From positions 69,286 through 101,285 of the forward strand of contig DAOVER010000006.1 of assembly GCA_030668875.1 (NCBI GenBank): a DNA stretch of 32,000 bases, in the 5' to 3' direction. Below are positions 27,630-32,000 of this stretch, piece by piece; position 1 is the first letter of the stretch; every line of letters starts with the position of its first letter. Below the pieces are notes generated by a model. That model made no database searches and was not told where the DNA came from. It saw only the letters and a list, made by a program, of their open reading frames with translations. The translations under genes and the position numbers were made by a program. Source of the stretch: Candidatus Heimdallarchaeota archaeon (GTDB taxonomy: Archaea; Asgardarchaeota; Heimdallarchaeia; Heimdallarchaeales; Heimdallarchaeaceae).

Positions 27630-29218
27630 CTATATTGCTTTTGTTATCTCCTTATGCTGCAATTGTAAGTAATCAAGTAATTTGTTTTCCAATCTAGAGA
27701 ACCCATACAATATACATTTCTTTATAGCAATATATTGCAAAGCTGGACCAAGAGGATCTCCGTTCTTATATGCTCCAACTTGGATAAAAGCTTCCATGAA
27801 GATACGCATCTCTAAAACCTCAATTCACTGTAGCCTGTTTTCATATTGCTTGAGAAGAGGAGAGATTTCAGAAAAGCGTTTAATCTTGTAATATTCTTGT
27901 GCAGCTAATAAATCTGCAAAAGCCTTCTCGACTTTAGTCATCCTCTCCTCTACAGGCCTTCTTTTCAAAGCGCTCACGTATTTTAAGACCTGGTAATCTG
28001 AAGTGTATTCTTCATTTAATTTCAATTTCTCTAGTAGGAAGTCTATGATATGATTAACTCTTGTGATGCTTGGATTGTGAAATTTTTTATTCTTATCAAC
28101 TGTTCTATTTCTAAACTTGCATTTACTAGAAATTCACTTAACATCATTGTATTACTGTAATATCTCTTAAGATTCATCATTATGTTAAGAATCAATGCTT
28201 TTACATCCTTCATTTGAAATCTTTGAAATCTTGATTGAATGTAGAATTTTGTAAGGTTTAGTGTATGGATTATCTGTTTTCTGTTGTACACGTCTATATT
28301 TTGTTTTGCTAAATCTTCTTGTAGTAAGTCCTCAATTTCTAACATCTTGTTGCATGCTAATTCTAGTTTTCCTTGTAGAGCATATATTGCTGAAAGATGA
28401 GATAGTGTTGTTATATAATACCCTGAATAAATGCTTGTTTTATAGATTGGCTTTAATATGTCTTGAGCCTTTGAAAGCTGTTCTTCAGCTTCTTTTAGAT
28501 TGAAATTTAGTTTATGACTAACACCAATGAAATAGTGAATGATAGACTTTATTTCTACCGGCATATCATCAAGTAAATCATGGTTAATGATAATTTTCTT
28601 AGTTTGAGATATTGAATTTTCTTTGTTTTGAGTTTGTTGATAAATTATTATTAAAGCACCTAATGACATAGCTAAACTATGATACAAATTATTTTCATAA
28701 AAATAGTCAACGCAACTTTCCAGAATTTCAATTGCATTTGGATTGCGATTCTCTAACCATTCTTCTAGAGCGTATGAGTAATTAATGAAGTGATAAATGA
28801 ATTCATCAGGTTGCTGTATTTCATTTAATAGCTTTACCGCTTTTTTAATTTCTTCTCTACTTCTCTCTCTATTTCCTTGAAATTTCTCAATGTACCAGGA
28901 AAATGAATAAGAAAATGCTATACCTTCTTCATAATTAATTCTATATGCCAAATGTTGCATTTCTTCAAGTAAACTAATTATTCTGTTCAGGTTACTAGCC
29001 TTGTGTTCCAATTGTAGAATTAGTAATCCATACAAAACAACAGTTGATTCATAATCTGAAATTTGATTTGCTTTAGTAATAAATTCCTCAATTCAATTAA
29101 CAACTTCTTTTTTTGAACGCATATTAGAAGCTAATATTTTCATATGCGAAATTAAAACCCTAAAATCTACCTCTGAGTTTATAGAGCTAATTCGTTCTTT
29201 GAGTTCGTTTAGTTTCAT
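27630..29218 (-). pseudogene. TPR-like helical repeat protein 4, pseudogene (two TGA, one frameshift)
   Basis: ATG 29218 (MKLNELKERISSINSEVDFRVLISHMKILASN); TGA at 29093-29095 (aligned Leu); 1-nt loss in the A6 run at 28083-28088; TGA at 27825-27827 (aligned Arg/CGA); frame resumes IEVLEMRIFMEAFIQVGAYKNGDPLGP to TAG at 27630. Confidence 0.85.
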
Positions 29219-29400
29219 ATTTCCCACTTTTACACTTCTACTAAATACACATCCTTCATATAACTACAGAATTCTTCCAAGATTTAGTAAACATAAGTTC
29301 TCAAACTTAAATCCTTCAATTGGTATATATACTCGGGAAATACTAAAACTAGATTTCTCAAAAAAAGTGTGAAATGACTCCATATTTCAAGCTATAGATG

Positions 29401-29463
29401 TCATGCTGGAGGTAAAAAGTCCTCGTCTCCTTCATCAGGATCATATTTTTTGTTGCTCATCAT
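29401..29463 (-). CDS. Small peptide F, MMSNKKYDPDEGDEDFLPPA (20 aa; TGA at the conserved Trp position), upstream of TPR-4
   Basis: Manual translation; GAGTGATG SD-like motif; TTTTTGTA box at 29506-29513 (42 nt upstream); TGTCA at 29531-29535. Restoring TGG gives ...LPPAWHL. Confidence 0.78.
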   Translation of the reverse strand: MMSNKKYDPDEGDEDFLPPA

Positions 29464-29606
29464 TCTTACATCACTCTTCTACGTTATATCTAGAAGAGTA
29501 AAAAATACAAAAAGACAACAAGAAAGAAACTGACAATAAAACTGTTTTACTAGTAAGCATATCAACGGAAAAAGCATAAAAGCCTGCAAATCCTAATTCA
29601 ATTGTC

Positions 29607-30725
29607 ATGACTATTCGAGAATTATCAAAACTAGATGCCTATAATCTAGTTATAGGTGCAAAGATTTTAGCCTGTGGTGGAGGGGGAAGCGAAGCTAAGG
29701 CTCTCGAAACTATCAATAAAATATATGACATAGGCATGAATTTTACGATCGCTGACTTAACAGATTTTCAGCCAGATGATAGTCTTTGTATCATCGGAAT
29801 GGTTGGAGGAGGAATTACAGAAGAAGATAAAAAACTAGTTGAAGAAAAAGAAATAGTAGAAAAAAATCCTATGATTAGAGCTGTTAAAGAACTTGAATTG
29901 TTCCTAGGCGAAGAATTCAGCGCTTTTGTAGCCACTGAGCTTGGACCTTACAACAGCATTATTCCTTTGATGGTAGCTGCTCAAATGGGTAAAGTTGCAA
30001 TCAATGGAGATTGTTGTGGAAGGAGTAAGCCAAAAATATCTATCAGCACAACAAGGGTCAAAGATCTTTCAGTTGCACCTTTCTCAATCGTTAGCCAATA
30101 TGGTGATATTCAAATTGTGAAAAATGTAGCAGATGATATTAGAGGTGAACTCATTGCTAGAACCTTTTCACGTTTGTCGGGAGGATCAGTGAGCGTTGCT
30201 CGATGTCATATGAAAATTAAAGAAGCTCAGAAAGCAGTTATTCCTCAAACTCTGTCTTTAGCAATAGAATTAGGTAAACAGGTAAGGACAGCTAACGAAC
30301 AAAAGAAACAACCGATAAAAACAATTCTTGATACACTCCCTGACACTAGAATAGTTTTTACTGGGAAGGTAAGAGATTTTTCAAGAACAGAAGAAGGAGG
30401 TTTTACCTCAGGGGAAATTATTCTTGATTCTTTAAATATAAAAAACCATGAATTAAAGGTTTGGTACCAGAATGAATATCTTCTCTCTTGGCTAAATAAC
30501 GAACCATTCGTTACCTGTCCAGATGGGATTTACATGGTTGATTCTAAAACAATGTACGGTTTAACTCCGTGGGAGAATGATTTCAAAAGAAATAGAGAAG
30601 TTACAGTTTTTACAAGAGACGCTCCAGAGATTTGGAGATCAGAAAAAGGGTTACAGGTATTCGGACCTAGAGCTTTCAAAAAGAATTGGCCAATGTATAA
30701 AAGAGCAAATTCATTTAAACTATAA
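29607..30725 (+). CDS. DUF917 family protein
   Basis: GAKILACGGGGS, ELGPYNS, DCCGRSKP and the C-terminal PDGI..VD pattern. Confidence 0.85.
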   Translation: MTIRELSKLDAYNLVIGAKILACGGGGSEAKALETINKIYDIGMNFTIADLTDFQPDDSLCIIGMVGGGITEEDKKLVEEKEIVEKNPMIRAVKELELFLGEEFSAFVATELGPYNSIIPLMVAAQMGKVAINGDCCGRSKPKISISTTRVKDLSVAPFSIVSQYGDIQIVKNVADDIRGELIARTFSRLSGGSVSVARCHMKIKEAQKAVIPQTLSLAIELGKQVRTANEQKKQPIKTILDTLPDTRIVFTGKVRDFSRTEEGGFTSGEIILDSLNIKNHELKVWYQNEYLLSWLNNEPFVTCPDGIYMVDSKTMYGLTPWENDFKRNREVTVFTRDAPEIWRSEKGLQVFGPRAFKKNWPMYKRANSFKL

Positions 30726-30927
30726 TCTGCTAAAGAATTATCAAAATTTAGAGTTATCAAAATCTTACAATTATGAAGGGATGAGATATCAATTTTATTA
30801 GTTGTGATGTAATCAAGAACTAAATGAAGAAGATTTAGAACCTAAAGAGACAACAAGCATAGCAACACCAATTTGTAGCAATAGTTTAAAAGTGTTTAAC
30901 CCATCATTTACTTTGGATTGTATTCTA

Positions 30928-31152
30928 ATGTTAATAAGAGGAAAAAGAGTTTTACTAACATGTTTGGTTGTTCTAGTATTGTTATCAACCTCAAACCAAT
31001 ATGAAGGGAAGAGTCTTCAGCCAAACCCCCTTGATTATGCAGGAAAAGGATCTTTTTCAACCTCAGATTGGACATGGAGTTATACTGAACTTGTTTCTAC
31101 AGAAAGTTACGATGAATCTGGTAATCCATCCATTACCGTTAGCAACAGATGA
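30928..31152 (+). pseudogene. Truncated secreted surface-protein N-terminus
   Basis: Signal peptide (MLIRGKRVLLTCLVVLVLLS) then WTWSYTELVSTESYDESGNPSI, resembling the first blade of an archaeal beta-propeller; ends abruptly. Confidence 0.45.
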
Positions 31153-31590
31153 TTAAAATCTTATTCAATCTTGCCAGAAGTCTCTGAGTTGTCCCTCATT
31201 GCATGTTGAGGTGGTGATGGTTAATACCTCTCCAATTTTCTTCCATTTTTCTACGAGTTTATATAGGAAAGTGCGGATAAGGAGGTAGTGCTTGGCGAAA
31301 ACTCGCCATATTTATGGTTCGCAAGTGTTTGAACACTTGTCCCTCAGTTAATAAAGTTTGAACCATACAGCACGATGCGCAATGGCAGGAATGTTGGCGT
31401 AGTAAATGCGCACTCCCTTCCTTCCTTCCCCAATCATGATTCTCATGATTCTTCCCCTCAACGCACGTGAGGGGACCCACTTAAACGACGGTTAGACCGC
31501 CTTTGGCAAGTTTAACCAAGTTTCATAACGTGCGTAGGTAGCTAGATAAATAGTGCAACTGATTTGAACCCCAGTTAATATAACATGTGA
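31151..31590. ncRNA. Large GC-richer structured element (ribozyme-like RNA or relic); family unresolved
   Basis: Many hairpins plus long-range pairings 31170-31176/31504-31510, 31268-31276/31497-31504 and 31461-31468/31528-31535. Confidence 0.45.
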
Positions 31591-31757
31591 ATGGTATTAT
31601 TATAAATCATACGCAGAGGGCAATGAAGGTAATGTTGTTATTCTGTATAACACTTTAACTTAAGAAGTTTAAAAGACAGAACAGCATAGAATCATGTTTA
31701 TGAATGTTATGCGAAAGTATGGTAAAAGAAGAGATAACATAAGTTCAAGTATAATAA

Positions 31758-32000
31758 ACAAAGTACCCATTAGAGTTCATTAGAACAAATTTTGATGCAA
31801 AATCAACTAATTTTGATGATGGTAAAGCACAAGAAATTTCTGACATACTTAGAGCTTTTACTTCAGTAATATTCTGCAAAAACTATAAATATTATTGATT
31901 TACTGATGAGGATAATATCTACTAAATTGAGGAAAGAAATATGTATGGAAATTCAACGAAACAAACAAGTCAAATACCAACTTTAATGAAAATTTCTGGT
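31758..32000 (+). pseudogene. Possible decayed ORF running off the window edge
   Basis: One frame reads protein-like (KYPLEFIRTNFDAKS...TLMKISG) with two internal stops. Confidence 0.25.

Noticed and set aside
27571-27630. A seventh peptide downstream of TPR-4 (MTKIKTSKEHRNPPL...)
   Set aside because: Lacks the YDPxxGD core, the SD motif and the 42-nt promoter geometry.
9384-29403. Stop-codon reassignment or Sec/Trp read-through of TGA or TAA
   Set aside because: Both TAA and TGA interrupt accessory genes alongside frameshifts, while genuine genes in the window end at TAA and TGA. The interrupted positions align with different residues (Q, L, R, W).
8048-29463. Peptides as classical RiPP precursors (lasso, graspetide/microviridin, lanthipeptide)
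   Set aside because: No modifying enzyme (lasso cyclase, ATP-grasp, rSAM, LanM, YcaO) in the window; no leader/core split with Thr at -2; no Cys and few Ser/Thr. Cannot be fully excluded if enzymes act in trans.
8048-29463. Peptides as purely cis-acting ribosome-arrest leaders (PP plus Trp plus acidic stretch)
   Set aside because: Peptide A is downstream of, and peptide C convergent with, the TPR gene, each with its own promoter. TPR-3 also has its own TATA box. This favours trans action, though stalling is not excluded.
2352-30801. Short overlapping or antisense ORFs in the track (e.g. 2352-2549, 2833-3021, 4739-4978, 5049-5282, 6472-6723, 7116-7352, 10258-10449, 10545-10784, 11109-11366, 12014-12715, 12663-12869, 15867-16058, 18110-18295, 19187-19408, 20065-20316, 20650-20844, 21330-21530, 23646-23912, 23791-23973, 24248-24481, 27236-27430, 27682-27891, 28261-28503, 30530-30760, 30577-30801)
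   Set aside because: Shadow frames of well-supported genes with no motifs; 12014-12715 simply mirrors HEAT repeat periodicity.
31259-31560. Group II intron (GTGCG at 31271 or 31530) or the 73-aa ORF 31259-31480
   Set aside because: No convincing domain V or RT ORF, and the D1-like stem is too short. The ORF is a by-product of the GC-rich structured sequence.

Overview
AT-rich archaeal chromosomal window, probably an Asgard/Heimdallarchaeia-type genome (inferred from a diphthamide-less EF-2 paralogue, archaeal uS10 and Orc1/Cdc6). The housekeeping backbone is intact: uS10, EF-2 paralogue, MTA/SAH deaminase, Cdc6 with an adjacent ORB-containing candidate oriC, a MacB/FtsX-type ABC transporter, a pilin-like protein, GTP-PEPCK, PPase, a beta-helix surface protein and a DUF917 protein. 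The main result is a system the ORF track misses. Four ~525-aa helical-repeat (TPR-like) paralogues are each paired with one or two tiny 20-22 aa peptide genes (six in total; consensus M-x-K-x-x-Y-D-P-[DE]-x-G-D-x-[DS]-I-[LG]-P-P-x-W-x-P). Every peptide gene has an SD-like motif, a TATA-like box 41-42 nt before the ATG, and a TGTCA motif 16-18 nt further upstream. Peptide sequence type tracks the neighbouring TPR paralogue. Two of the four cassettes are bracketed by 46-70 bp direct repeats of the insertion site, and two are pseudogenised. This looks like a mobile, diversifying peptide-receptor system (RRNPP-like signalling, or toxin/antitoxin); the function is inference. Also found: a disrupted HEAT-repeat gene with a hidden MCM-type C-terminal winged helix, three 34-bp operator-like palindromes, and two orphan structured GC-richer RNA-like elements. 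All alignments and folds were done by eye; no database searches were run.
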